Assembly: GCF_006345805.1 (NCBI RefSeq)
Contig: NC_043009.1
Coordinates: 69,502,001 to 69,566,000 of the forward strand
From: Octopus sinensis
Taxonomy: Eukaryota
Length of the DNA stretch: 64,000 nt
Direction: 5' to 3'
Shown here: piece after piece, positions 1 through 12,797 of the stretch
How the letters are laid out: each line of letters begins with the position of its first letter
Numbering within the stretch: the stretch's first letter is position 1
Made by a program: the position numbers and the translations under genes
Notes under the pieces: model-generated
Databases searched by the model: none
The model's input: the letters and a program-made list of their open reading frames with translations, nothing else
What the model was told of the DNA's origin: nothing

Positions 1-699
1 CTCACAGTTAAAACAGACAGGTACGGCGTTGGATGTTAAAAAGATAAGGCAGACGTTTACACAGAGAAGTTTATACAGTTAAGTTAATCCATTCCACAAC
101 TAACAAATCTACTTTTTACACGCATAAATCTGAGAAGGCTTCTATTTTCTCACAGAATTTTTTGCGTAATTTGCATGCAATCGCCGTGTGTAGACAGTAC
201 AACAAAAAAATACAGCAACAGACGACTCCTCAGCCACAAGAACCATCACTGCCACCAACAATAACAACGAAGTATAACAACAATCACAGAACAATAGAGA
301 CAACAAAATTAATAATAAAATAAGGAAAATGAATCACAGAATAACGAAAAAACAAACAAACAAAAGAAAAACTAAACTAAACAACATTGCTGTAAAAGAA
401 GCGAAAATCTAGTCAAGTAGAAAATCATCGAACTATATCGATCCGAATAACATCAGGTATGTATAGAAAGATCACAGAAATGGAGTTAGTTTATTACAGT
501 TGACTAACTTTTAACGACTGTAGAACTATACACATACATTCATATACGTACACACGAATACACATATATACACACATCTCTCTCCCCCCTCTCTCTCTAT
601 AGATACATGCATATATATGTGTATACGATCACACACATACATATATAAGTATATATGTATGTACATGTATGTGTATATGCAGCTGTGTGCGCGAATGAA

Positions 700-755
<56 letters not shown>

Positions 756-1157
756 TGCATGCATGCATGTATGTGTGTATAAGGGAAGTTATATGCTCAG
801 TTATTCTAAGTTAACCAAAGTTATCAATGTGGTTTGATAAGGGAGTTATTTTAATGTTTATGTATATTTTTGGGTTTTCCTTTCATTATTCGATCCTTTT
901 AGTTCAACATCAAAAACTCTATTAATAAAATGAGCCAACACTGAGAGGCTTACAGGCACCCTTTTTAGTTGCGTGCAATAGCAAATTATTCAGGCTTTAG
1001 ATCACATCCGACCCCTTAACAAACAAAAGGATGAGCACATCGGATTGTGTTGTTCTATGGACACTGAATCCACGTAAAAAAATGGAAAAAAGAACGAAGA
1101 AAGGGTGATGAGTGGAACTTTTCGAGTCACTCGACTAAGGTTGATCTGTCAATAAAA

Positions 1158-1256
1158 GGATCTTTTCATTTTGACCGGCAGATTTTTAAAATAATTTCTT
1201 TGTAACTAAAGACTTTTAAACTTTTTAAAAATCTGCCGGTCAAAGCGAAAAGATCC
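1158..1256. repeat. Short inverted repeat (MITE-like foldback)
   Basis: GGATCTTTTCATTTTGACCGGCAGATTTTTAAAA (from 1158) is nearly the reverse complement of TTTTTAAAAATCTGCCGGTCAAAGCGAAAAGATCC (to 1256), with a ~30 bp spacer. Confidence 0.7.
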
Positions 1257-2580
1257 CAATAAAATACCCCAGTCGCAGAAATAGAAGCTAGATCTCCATC
1301 AGACACACTGGCACCACCTTAAAAAAAAACGAGGGATACCATGCGTTGTTTAGTTCGAAATACACCATGTTTGAACGAAAGGTAGAATGATTGAGTGACG
1401 GCTGGAACACATTCGATTTTGTCTGCTTGGATAGAGATAAATGGAAGCTGAACAATAACAGCAGCAACAACAAGAACATTTAATCTGATAAAATCCATAT
1501 TAAGTATTTCTTCGAGACTGGACTGCTATAGCAGTTGTCTGCTGGGGCCTAGCGTCTTTACAGGAGATTTATTACTCATCCAGTCAGTGTCAAAACTAAG
1601 GGTCGCTAGATGTTGGGGGAAAGAAACAAAAAAAAAAAGATAAAAAGAAAAAAAATCACTCAGTAAATTGTTGTTGTTTACTTGACCCCCACCTTCCACT
1701 AAGTTCCACCTGATTACGTTTCGGGATCAAAATATTTCTGCAACGAAAATTCGGGATTCTGTTTATTGTTATTTTTGTCTGTTCATGTACATCGGCCACG
1801 GAAATTTGTGAATAACAAAAATTAACGAGCAATAAATGAATGAATGGGAACAGAGTAAACTTAGAAGCTGTCTATGTTGGCAAAATTGAAGAGTTTAAAT
1901 AAGTCTGGATTCATATGCTATAGAAGAAGAGCAGTTTTGTCTGAAGCAGAGTTTGGTCAGAAAGGCTAGAATTTTGGAACGTCATTTAATCAAGCATAAC
2001 TGAACGTAAATGTATACGTGTATTTAGTCTAAAAGTTTTTAGGATATTTACCTATGAAGGAGTTATTCTCTGAATTCAGTTTACTATTAATTGTATTTCT
2101 TTCATAATTAACCAAAAGTTTTTATCACGTTGATTGGCTTCTTTGTCTATTTTAACATTCACACTGTCTACTTTCTTCAGTTTTACATCTACTAAAATTG
2201 TATAAACCATACAGAGATTAGTAGCGACTTAGTGTGAAAAGTTCCAAAAGTTTCGATGGCGACCCTATTATGGCAGCCATAGATAAGTGACTGGGAACCA
2301 GAAGCACTAAAAGATTAAGCAAGTATTGCAACTTACATATTAGTATTGCAAACACAATTTCAAAATGATAATTCTGAGTAACACAAAACACCGTTTACAA
2401 GGTAATTCATTATTATATAACGTATTTTAAACGTTTTTTTTCTTTTATGAGCAGCGGCTAATAAGTCTGCAAGTTTTCTCTTCAGATATTTATCAGTTCA
2501 ACATCATCGCCACAAACACTGTCTCGTATTTTATAGTTTTCAACTAGAATATTCAATGCTTTTGTTTTAGCTGTTGCTGT

Positions 2581-2953
2581 GTTTGTTTGTTTGCTGAGCG
2601 AAGCGGTCTTCGTCCGTAGTGGGAAAAGTCCGATACGTGGTCCTTTGCTATTCGTAAGACCCGCAGAAGAGAAAGCAGGTCAACCCCCGACACCGAGAGC
2701 ATCGACGGATGGATGAATGCGCATCCAGGCTCAGCAGTTGCATAGGAAGTCGGGGACAAGAAACAGGAAGAAAGAGTGAGAGAAAGTTGGGGCGAAAGAA
2801 TACAAGAGGGGTCGCCCCCTCCTCTGCCGGAGCCTCGTGGAACTTTAGGTATTTTCGCTCAATAAACACACACAACGCCCGGTCTGGTAATCGAAACCGC
2901 GATCCTCCGACCGCGAGTCCGCTGCCCTAACCACTGGGCCATTGCGTCTCCAC
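2581..2953 (-). mobile_element. Full-length tRNA-derived SINE with 12 bp target-site duplication
   Basis: Minus strand starts GTGGAGACGCAATGGCCCAGTGGTTAGGGCAGCGGACTCGCGGTCGGAGGATCGCGGTTTCGATT (pol III A/B box-like) and ends in a (CAAA)n tail. It is flanked by identical AGCTGTTGCTGT at 2569-2580 and 2954-2965. Confidence 0.9.
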
Positions 2954-4145
2954 AGCTGTTGCTGTAGTTCAATCACTGTCATTGCTTCGAGGTGGTGGGG
3001 TCTTAGTTGAAGGATGATCTGCTCTATGTATTGCTGTTTAGATCCAAGTCAACCAGGGTCAAGCAGGCCCTCTCATCATCAACATCGCAATGCATTTTCG
3101 TGGTCCGTTAAGAAATGTTAATTACATTCGTAATGTAAGACGACGAATAATGAGCTGAGGGAGATTAAGTGGCTACAACTATGTATGCATATTTGTATGT
3201 ATATTCCGGGGGACCAAAATTGACGACGGGGTTTCAATATTCAATTCTTTGTATAAAACACTTTGGGTTCACTCTGTGTTTGTGAGTGTTCAAACACGCG
3301 CACACTTATGTAGAGTTAGTAAAGGAAGGAGGCGCTGGCTTTCCTAACTTATTGTGGGCAGTATATATACTTATATAAAAGCACACACACATATATATAG
3401 GCCCACCTTCTTATTTGTATGCATATTTATGCATAGAGAGGAAGAAGAACAATCTCAGATCTGATAAAAGGAAAAATGAAATCATAAAGAATTCAGTCAA
3501 TAAAGCGTGAAATTAGAACTGGTCGTCTTTTTTCTTATAACAGACAAATATTCACATAGGAAAAGAAAAATATAAAAGTCGAAGACTCTCTACCAAATAC
3601 ATTAGCTGAAAAAAAACCTCCTGGGCGGCAAGAGGCTTACAGTGAAATCTAGCGTTATCTAATTAAAACTTTAATAATATATAAAACTGACATTTGTCTT
3701 ACAAGAGACAACAACTTAGGTTTGTTTTAGAAGTGGATACTGTTATGAGGATTTGTTCTGGTGAAAATATTTTGGTTTTCGAAATCGGTTGATAAATTTG
3801 TATTTATTCCCAGAGCATATAGCATTGGAAGGTCATCTGGTACCCCACTAGAAGAACGTCGGCAAAAATTACAAAGTAAATAAACAAATAAATAAATAAA
3901 TGTTTTAATTCCTGAAGAATCGAAAACAGCAAAATTGAAGAAATTTTATTTTTAATAATAATCCTTTCCACAATAAACACAAGGCTTTAAATATTTTGAG
4001 GGGGGGGGGTCTATTCGAACTCGGCACATTTTGAGGGACTTTCCTATTCAAACAGACAAGAAGTTAGGAAAAAATTGACGAAAATAAGAGGACGAAAAAC
4101 AGAAAAAAAAATTCCTTAAAATTTAAAATTGGAAGAATTTGGAGC

Positions 4146-4284
4146 ATGACAGTAAAGATCGTGCCTATAATAATTGGTGCGTTGGGAACAGTAAGCAAAG
4201 ATATAGACAAACGGCTGAAGGAGATTGGAATAGAATGCCTGGTGGAGCTCCTACAGAAAGTTCGTCTTTTAGGGACAGCAAGGA
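4146..4284 (+). mobile_element. 3' end fragment of a restriction-like-endonuclease (R4/Dong-type) non-LTR retrotransposon
   Basis: KIVPIIIGALGTVSKDIDKRLKEIGIECLVELLQKVRLLGTARI resembles the C-terminal 'vvPiiiGalG...lqkavllgta' pattern of RLE-clade elements. Confidence 0.65.
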
Positions 4285-4435
4285 TTAAAATCTTCAAAGC
4301 CACAGTCGAACCAATTCTACTATATGGCTCAGAAACCTGGACGTTATCAAAGAAGCTTGAGAGGCGGTTGGATGGAACTTACACTCGCCTCCTTATGAGA
4401 GCTCAAAATCTCTCGTGGAAACGGCATCTGAATAT
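4285..4435 (+). mobile_element. RTE-clade LINE fragment (RT C-terminal region)
   Basis: KIFKATVEPILLYGSETWTLSKKLERRLDGTYTRLLMRAQNLSWKRH contains the 'LLYGSETW' motif typical of RTE elements. Confidence 0.75.
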
Positions 4436-4610
4436 TTAGCAGCATTTCGTCCGTCTTTACATTCTGAGTTCAAATTCGCCGAAGCCAAATTCGCCTTTCA
4501 TCCTTTCGGGGTCGATAAAATTAGTACCAGTTATGCACTGAGGTCGATGTACTCGGTCAGCCTCCTCTCACAACATTTCAGGCCTTTTGCTTACAGAAGA
4601 AAGGATTATT
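4436..4610 (+). mobile_element. 5'-truncated copy of the window's abundant (ATT)-tailed SINE family
   Basis: TTCTGAGTTCAAATT...GCCTTTCATCCTTTCGGGGTCGATAAA...AGAAAGGATTATT matches the reverse complement of the copies at 30165-30380 and 31680-31860. Confidence 0.75.
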
Positions 4611-5825
4611 TCTTTAGAAAAAAAGTTACGCTTAGAAGGGGAGTAGAAGGAGATTCGCGTAACGATAAAATTTTCTGAAGAATATGAATTTCGGAGTTAT
4701 TGGAAGCATCGGAAACTGAAATCAGTGCAAGCCAAGAATTTAAGTGTCATTGTAACTTCCTAATGAGCGGCAAAATAGCAAAACCTGTTGAGCGTCAAGT
4801 AGAATGCTTTGCGGTATTCGTTCCAACCCTCTGCACACCGAGTTCTAATCTCCCAAAATGATCAGGATAAATAGAGTCTTACCCCCCCCCCCAATACTAA
4901 GGAGAATACTTCTGGAAATTGTCATCGTAATGAGAAGAAAAGTTAAAAACCTTAACGAAGATTCCGTTTAAAACGTGCAAAGGAGAGAACTTCAAAGTTT
5001 TATGCGTGCAATATGTTCATGGAGAATAGTTGTTAAATAATAATACTACTTCATTACAATACTTTAAATTTGTTGGAGAAAATGAGATGTTGTGGCATTG
5101 ATGTCTTTTCCTTTGTTAGAGTGAAGTAAAATAACTAGCTTGCTTATCTCAGTGCCAGCCGTGCCTATCACACAAAGCTTGCGATATGATCTGGAATATA
5201 CTAACTGGAGACTTTGCCAACTAACTTGGATATTAACATGACTCAAATGCAAATGTTGCACATCTTAGAATGGGATAAGCTTCGATAATCATCGAAGAAT
5301 CGACGTTTTTTTTTTTATATATGAAAATAATGCTAACACGTGTGAAATAACTTATATCGAATTGATAACTCGAGTATCCCATGATTTCAAAGCTAAGAAG
5401 ACATCACTAATAAAGAATTCGTTTCCAATACTTATTTCATTTTTTTTTTATCAAACTCAAACACGCTTCAAATTACATCAGCAACGTAATTTATCCCTTT
5501 GAGTTACCCTCCACTTCCATCAACCATTTGATATTTTCGATATTTCTTTATTTTCTTACATCTAAAATAAAATTACAAAACTTCTTTATATAATAAAAAA
5601 ACCCATCAAATAAACTATACGTATACGATTCAAAAATCTATTTTGATTTTTTGATCTTAAGTTATTCATAAAAAGCTCTTGAAGCTTTTGGCGGCCCCAA
5701 TGTAGATTTGAACAGGATTCCTTCACTGTACTAACGAAGTTAAATTATATGCTATGATTTCGGATCAGAGAATGCAATGTTTGCTGGTTCATATTCTTCA
5801 TATTGTGTAATATCGATCATTACAG

Positions 5826-6063
5826 GTGAAAGGTTTGATACAGGAAACATGATTGAGCCTGTTAATCACTTATTCCTTCTGTTAAAGCAGAAGCCGGACA
5901 TGTTATTTATGCTGCTGACAGACATGATGGCTCATTATCCAATAAGATCTACGACTACAATAATGGCACCTTCCCCCATGACGCCATTGGAAATTTCTTC
6001 GATCCTTGGAGCCACTTGTTTACCGGGAAATATTACAGGAACTTTACTGACATAAATTTATAA
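5826..6063 (+). CDS. Candidate terminal exon of an unidentified plus-strand gene (possible 1-nt frameshift near 5863)
   Basis: AG acceptors at 5824-5825 and 5886-5887. The frame from 5890 reads EAGHVIYAADRHDGSLSNKIYDYNNGTFPHDAIGNFFDPWSHLFTGKYYRNFTDINL* (TAA 6061-6063). Sequence is non-repetitive and more GC-rich than its flanks. No family recognised. Confidence 0.3.
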
Positions 6064-6934
6064 ATTAAGATCAGAGTAAGCAAATATTCATTTCTTTAGT
6101 GAGCAAAAAAACAATTCTTAACGGGGTGGGCTTTATAGTAAAACCAAGAAGAATTTGATCATGGATTGCAGAATAATAAAATTAAATATAATGAACTATC
6201 AGTACGCTAGAAATTATAACAAGGTTTTCCTCAAACCACCCTACCTCTTACAGTTGGAGTGGATATCTTGAATACTGTAAAGAGGAAATTCTATACAACT
6301 CTAAGAATGGAATGCTCACAGGAGTAATATCACTATCGGTTTAAATAGATCAGACTTGACCCGAGGCTAAATAATATCTACTACTAATACTACTACTACT
6401 ACTACTAGTAGTAGTAGATATTATTCGTGTTTCTTAATTTTCTTAATTGCAAGTAATTATTGAAGATTTCTTTCTAGTAAAATGATGTTTACGAACATCT
6501 GGACAACATATTTATACAGCTTGTAGTTCAAAGCTGGTGTTATTTTTTTTCTGACCAAATCTCTCTGAGTGAATTGTATTTTATTTTCCTCTAATGTTTC
6601 AAACCATCGCTATCTTGGGCGAGCAATTAACTATGCCTCCACCTTGGCTATAAACTGAATCATTTCATTGTACATTTATTTCGTTCTGGAGGAAACTCTC
6701 AAAACGGTTGCGTTTTCAACAGTCTTATGTACGACAAATGTGTATATTTGAAATTGGTTCTGTGTGTGTGTGTGTGTGTGTGTATAATGTTATAATAAAC
6801 GCCATAAATCTTGTTAAATACAGCTACCCAGGGTTTCCTGGTTAAAACAATGATTTATTTCACCATTTTTCAAGCAGAGAACAAGACTGTTTTATCAGTT
6901 GTCTCTTCAGAAAAATAACGCTTATGTAATGTAT

Positions 6935-7243
6935 GTGAAGGCGTGTGGCTTAGTGGCTGGGATATTCGGCTCAGGATCGCAAGCTCGTGACTTCAATTCC
7001 CGGCGATGCGTTGTGTCCTTGAGCAAGACACTTTATTTCACATTGCTCCAGTCCGCTCAGCTGGCAAAAATGAGTAGTACCTGTATTTCAAAGGGCCGGC
7101 CTTGTCACACTCTGTGTTTCGCTGAATCTACCTGAGAACTGCGTTAAAGGTACACGTGTCCGTGGAATGCTCAGCCACTTGCACTACAATTTCACGAGCA
7201 AGCTGTTCCGTTGATCGTATCTGCTAACCGACGGAGTCTTCCT
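6935..7243 (+). mobile_element. tRNA-derived SINE with conserved central core
   Basis: GGCGTGTGGCTTAGTGG...TTCAATTCCC head, then TGTGTCCTTGAGCAAGACACTTTATTTCACATTGCTCCAGT, which resembles the conserved central domains of CORE/V/Meta-type SINEs. Related to the copy at 38428-38760. Confidence 0.8.
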
Positions 7244-7296
7244 ATGTATATATGTATGAATTGTTGTATAAGTCCTCGTCTTCTTATATATATATA

Positions 7297-7343
<47 letters not shown>

Positions 7344-7370
7344 ATATATATATAATATATATATATATAC

Positions 7371-7480
7371 GCCTTATGGTAGCGTTAAACTACCAATGAA
7401 ATATATAACACGAAGACTTCTACCGCAGATTCATACAGATGCTACAACAATTTCATTGGCGTTTTAGCGCTGCCTTAAGG
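7371..7480. repeat. Imperfect inverted repeat (MITE-like)
   Basis: GCCTTATGGTAGCGTTAAACTACCAATGAAAT versus ATTTCATTGGCGTTTTAGCGCTGCCTTAAGG, ~32 bp arms, next to a TA microsatellite. Confidence 0.5.
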
Positions 7481-8399
7481 AATATTAAGATTAAAGGGAG
7501 GGGAAAAGATTTTGTAAAACAACTGGAAACTCATCTTTGATATAATTTCCGACAATTCCTATTGTAATTAGCTGGGAATATGAAGAAGTAAAATTGCTTA
7601 GAAATTACAGAAAGAAAAATGTCTGTCCAGTTGTTTACTAAATAAGTTCTTTACACACACACACACACACACACACTAATATATTCACACACAGGCGCAT
7701 ACTTGTACACACACACACGTGCACCCTCCCCACTCACATGCTATATATGCATATATACATACAGGTTCTCACATATAAATCAATGTTTGTAGGACCTTGC
7801 ATGTTGCAATATCACCAATATCAATTTCACGATACGTTTTTAAATCAACAATCTTGCAAACCAAAATACAAGAACGAAGTAACAACACACACACACAGAC
7901 ACTACACATGCACACACGCACACAAGTATGTATCACAATATCCCATTCAAAAATAAAAGCATTTAGAAATATTAAAAACACGAGTTAGATTATAGCTGGG
8001 AGATAACAGTTTTCGGCTCGGAATTATGGGAGAGCAAATACTTTGAAAGAGTGAGAAAGGAGAGTGACAGGATTAGAGGTGGGAAAAGAAGTGGATGCAG
8101 TGAATGGGAGGTACAGGTGGAGGCATGGTCAATGGGAATATCAGATTTTGTTCGAGGAGTTGGTCAGAAAGAAGGAGGTGATGAGAAACAGGAATAGGTA
8201 GATGATGTGAAGTTTAAGGGGATAAAGGGTGTCATTTATAGTACCTGAGTAAATGGTGCCGTAGTTAAAATAGTAACAGAGGGATGACCGTAAAGGATTG
8301 ACAGGATCTAATTTCTGGCTGAGATGGACAGGTTTTATCAAGTTCACAATATCGTCAATCCTCCTACAACTTTCTCATCTCCTCTGTGATGTTCAAAAT

Positions 8400-9800
8400 C
8401 TCCAGATCGGTTTTTGCTATTTCGTCCCCCTTCTTCCTGGGTCTCCCAAAGCTACAGGTTTACTCCATATGTATCAATCGGCACATTTTTATGCAACTGT
8501 TCTCATCCATACACATCATTTAATCGTATCAGCACAATATTCTTTCTGGCACAATATATCTAAAAGCCTTTTTGCCAAGTTTTTCTCACAACACATTTCA
8601 CCTTGTCAGATACGCACACCGACATTGCATTTCAAGCAGAACATTGCAGCTTATTTTCTTTGTGCTTTAAACCATAAATTCTTCATACTGAGCCTATGTC
8701 TCACTGTCATATAGCATTGAGGTTCATACACAAGTATCATACAAACTGCCTTTCACTCTGAGAGAGAAACGTGTGTTACCAACAAAAGTAAAAAAAAAAC
8801 TCGCTTAACTTCCCCTGTCTCTTCTTATTCTAGAAATTATACCTTCAGAACATTCCCCCCACTTTCCCAGGTAACAAATGCTTTCAACTACTTCAAGGAT
8901 TCTTTCTGGGCATTTTCAGGTGCTTTTCGTGTTTATCACAAAATTTACTTTCTCTGGTAATCTTCTTGTGAGTACACTGCATGTTTTATGTGCCTAAAGT
9001 TGCACAAGGTACACCGTATGGAATTCGTACCCACATCTTTTCCTACTTATCAGACAAGGCTAACTAACCAAAGGGATTAATGCCCTGTCTGTTTTCCTAC
9101 TTGCTATAAGTTTAGTCTTTGAACTTTAAAGCCTCTTGATTTCAGGGTTTGCTTCCACACCTGGAATTTCTTTTCTACTTCAACTATAGTTTCAGCTATA
9201 AGAACAAAGTCATCAGCATATAGGAGTTCTCATGGACAACAGGCCTTAAACTCTTATGTTATGGCCTGGAAAACTGCAGTAAATAGGAGGGGACTGATGA
9301 CCTGGTCCCAGTGAACTCCTAAATGTACATCAAATTCATTGCTGTAATTGGTGCTAACTCTAATCTTACTGACAGCATCCCAGTGCATGGCTTGAACGGC
9401 TTTCACCAGCCAGTCCTCTACTCATGTCCTCTGTAGCGAACCCCACATGAGGGAGTGAGGGTCCTGTCGACAACTTTCTTCTGGTCGATGAATGCCAAGT
9501 ACAATGGTTTATTTTTGGTTAAATACTTCTGCAGTTGTCTTACTAGAAAAAGAACATCAGTGGTACTTGTCCCAGACACAAAACTAACTCCATCTCAGGA
9601 AACTTTGGGATAAATATCTGCAGCTTTCATGATCTGGTCCAGCAATTTGAAGCCCCTGGAATTACTTCTCTCCAAGACATTTTACAAACTCTTCTAACAG
9701 TTGACTATAATGCTTCTAAAGCACTCGTTGCGCAAGACACTCCTGCACAACCTGATTAATTACATTGGTGACTAAGCCATGTCCCACTCCATCAAATATT
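8400..9800 (-). mobile_element. Degenerate RTE-clade LINE (RT region)
   Basis: Minus-strand fragments include TTDVLFLVRQLQKYLTKNKPLYLAFIDQKKVVDR (~9470-9570), an ELLYADD-like region (~9210-9235) and SMLYDSET (~8695-8720). Many stops and frameshifts. Confidence 0.75.
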
Positions 9801-9844
9801 TTAAGCATGTGATGGACTAAGGATTTTCTTTGTCTTCACATTGA

Positions 9845-11620
9845 TTGCTTTGTCTGTCAGACAACAGTCAACAACAATGGCAGGTCTCTTTGCTTGATTC
9901 ACATAAGGCAGATTCTCTTTTTCCCATTCCTTCAAAACTGATCCCTAAATGCAGAACCACCCACATGGCAAAAAAACTACCGGTCAATTGCATGCCAAAA
10001 CTTATGTATAAATTATATACAGCATATTTAAACCTCTTCCTCCGAGACCATTGTGAAACCGATAACATCATCACAGCAGAACAAGCAGCTAGGAAGAAGG
10101 GAGTCTGGGGATGTGCGGAGCAATTGTTGATAAAACTGTATGCAGGAGCATAGAAGGAACCTAGTTTCAATGTGGCCAGACTACAAGAAATCCTTTGACT
10201 CTGTTCCTCACTCATGGATGCCCTTTCACTTGGTAAAGTTCCAGTGAGCAGAGTCAAAGCCATAGCTGACCTGACTTCAATGTGGGCCACCATTCTTGGA
10301 ATTAAACACAAGAAGTGATTGTAGTGCCACTGATGGAATACAGTATCGCAGAAGTTTATTCCTTGGGGACAACCATCCTGTGGTGTTGCTTATATTTTCT
10401 GTAAACCCTTTGTCATTCATGTTAAGGAAGCCTGGAGGATATCTCAGTGGTTCACAAGGTAACAGAAATACCAAAATTATACTGTTTCTTGTAGATGGTT
10501 TGAAACTATATGCCAAGAATATGCATGAGATGAAAAAGAACCTCGACCTGGTTACAAAATTCTCAAAGGATACAGGGCCGGAGTTGGTCAGGATAAATGT
10601 TGCTATATGGTTGTGAAGGGGGGGAAAACTCTAAACCAGACTAGCAACATCTTCATCAATGACATGACTGTTTCTCCTATATCTGATGAAGAATGTTACA
10701 GGTGTGTAGGGGTGGGTGAAAACATATCTAATGATGGCACCTGTAGCAAAACACTTATCACTAAAGAATATTACAGTCGAATAAAGAAATTTTGAACCTC
10801 AGAACACTCTGCACTCAATAAAACAGTGACCCACAATGTGTTCGCAATGCAAGTACTGATACCAACATTTGAGTTGATTGATCGGATGCTTGATGAGATT
10901 TGAGTTATTGATGTAAAAACCCGGAAGATACTGACCAGCTAATAACATCATAAGACTTGGAAAGCAGCTCCTTTGGCAGCATTCCTTGCCTGATAACCTA
11001 GAATACATGCCAAAAAAGTCACACAACTCTACCGCAATGTATCATCAGATGAAAGGATGAGCGTATATCAGCAGAAGACCATGTACGAATAAGTCAGTAG
11101 AAAGAAGCACTTGGACGATAGTAACATTGGTCATCAAATTGGGGTATCATGGACCAACAACCAGATTACTAGCTCCCACTAGTAAGCATTTGCAATCCAG
11201 GAACAGGAAATTTCAACCATGTACCTGATGCACAAAAGGGATAGAGATATAGGAAAGCACCGAAATGTGACAACCAATGCAGACTTTGTGGAGTTCACAC
11301 TGAAGATGTCATTCACATCATAAGCAGTCATCTGAAAATGTCATCATGGTATTATCTACCGATGAGACATGATATTGTAGTTAGGACAATATATAATGAG
11401 ATCATTGAAAAGAAACCCCAAGGACAAATAAGTCACTCATAATAAAAAGGGGTTTGGTGGAATGTCCCAGTGAAAAATTGATAAGCTGTAAATGTAACCA
11501 CCCTAACATAAGGGTTTGGAGATAGAAAACAAAGAAAACTTGTGGAAATCAGCTGCTCAGCGGATATTAACAAAAGATAATACCTATGCTGAACTACACA
11601 GTCTGATCAGTAAGTATCTG
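9845..11620 (+). mobile_element. Degenerate R4/Dong-like (RLE) non-LTR retrotransposon
   Basis: RT fragments LMYKLYTAYL...EQAARKKGVWGCAEQLLI, QYRRSLFLGDNHPVVLLIFSVNPLSFML and LFLVDGLKLYAKN, followed by a C..CG...E...HI...RHDIVV zinc-knuckle-like remnant near 11280-11390. Confidence 0.8.
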
Positions 11621-11974
11621 GACTGTTGCCATAGTAACGAAGCTAAAGCACACAGACGTGTGAAGCTGCTTGGCACACATTGACCTTGAACTCTGCTGCT
11701 TAGGTGCAAAAGTTTCAATGTTCTAGCTTACTTCTCCTGCTTACAGGAGTGCTTGAAAGGAAGGTGTGTAGCATGTGATTGTCACATTGACCAAGTGACT
11801 TTGCTCAAATCTTTGAACTGAGGAGAAGCAGGACTGCGCACCACGTCCTGCATTCTGATGCTTTGTTTTCCCAGGACAAACAGGAAATGTTGCATCATTT
11901 CAGATTGTCTTTTAGTTTATCTTTGAAGCACAAGAATTGCCTTCCAACTGATTTTCCTGTTGGGAATTGGCCAA

Positions 11975-12009
<35 letters not shown>

Positions 12010-12475
12010 TGTGTGTGTGTTTGCATGTATAGAAGTATTCACACATAAAATAGTTGTGCACGTGTGACAGTATTATCATCATTATTATTATTGTATATTT
12101 AATCATTATAAGTATCTGATTGGAAACTGATATTAGATCCTCACAATCAAAAACTACAGCAGTAATGGTGCCTTAGTTTTAATGTTTTTTGTTGGAACAG
12201 TTTAAATTCCATCGGTTTGTTTGCGTGATTTTTCTCTAGATTTTCAATAGTGAAGTTACACAGAAGACAAAATTGTACACTATTCAAATTGAGATAAAAA
12301 CAAAATTAGTATCATGCAAAACGTGCTGTGAACACGAAGTGAACAGATTGCCATGAAACACTGGAAGAAAAAACGATAAAATGATAAAAGCAAATTGTGA
12401 AATCTTTTGCAAGCAAATATTTGACAAAAGAAAGAGAAAGAACTTCACATAGACATGTACATGCATATGCATACA

Positions 12476-12563
<88 letters not shown>

Positions 12564-12759
12564 TTCTGTTCCTCTCACTATATACGTACAATCATAAGCG
12601 CATACATGCATATTATATCTATATATATGTGTGTGTGTGTATATATGTATGTATATATATAACGGGAAGCTTTATGAAAATAAACAAAAGACGAAGGCAG
12701 GTGGAAAACAAACGAACAATTGTATTAGTATGGCGCTCAGGAAATATAAATAAAACAAG

Positions 12760-12797
12760 TCTTTAACGTTTCGAGCCTACGCTCTTCAACAGAAAGA
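12760..12797 (-). ncRNA. Minimal type I hammerhead-ribozyme-like motif at the 3' end of the Penelope element (core variant CUGUUGA)
   Basis: UCUUU-CUGUUGA-A-GAGC(GUAG)GCUC-GAAA-CG-UU-AAAGA: 5 bp stem I, 4 bp stem II and palindromic AACGUU at stem III. A6 is replaced by U. Confidence 0.6.

Noticed and set aside
526-837. Dozens of ORFs rich in YI/IY/CV/HT/I throughout the window (e.g. 18302-19021, 21460-21950, 43556-45212, 46278-48325, 60649-61158)
   Set aside because: They are translations of (TA)n, (CA)n, (TACA)n and (AAT)n microsatellites, not genes.
2571-2712. Apparent signal-peptide exon after TTTTGTTTTAG (VAVFVCLLSEAVFVRS...)
   Set aside because: It is the TSD plus the antisense tail of the SINE at 2581-2953.
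2880-2953. tRNA genes at SINE heads (also 6935-7010 and 38690-38760)
   Set aside because: They continue into SINE bodies and tails and lack a complete cloverleaf acceptor stem.
7990-8330. Purine-rich segment resembling a decayed Penelope endonuclease region (minus strand)
   Set aside because: Composition resembles 13700-14200, but no diagnostic motif survives, so it is not listed as a feature.
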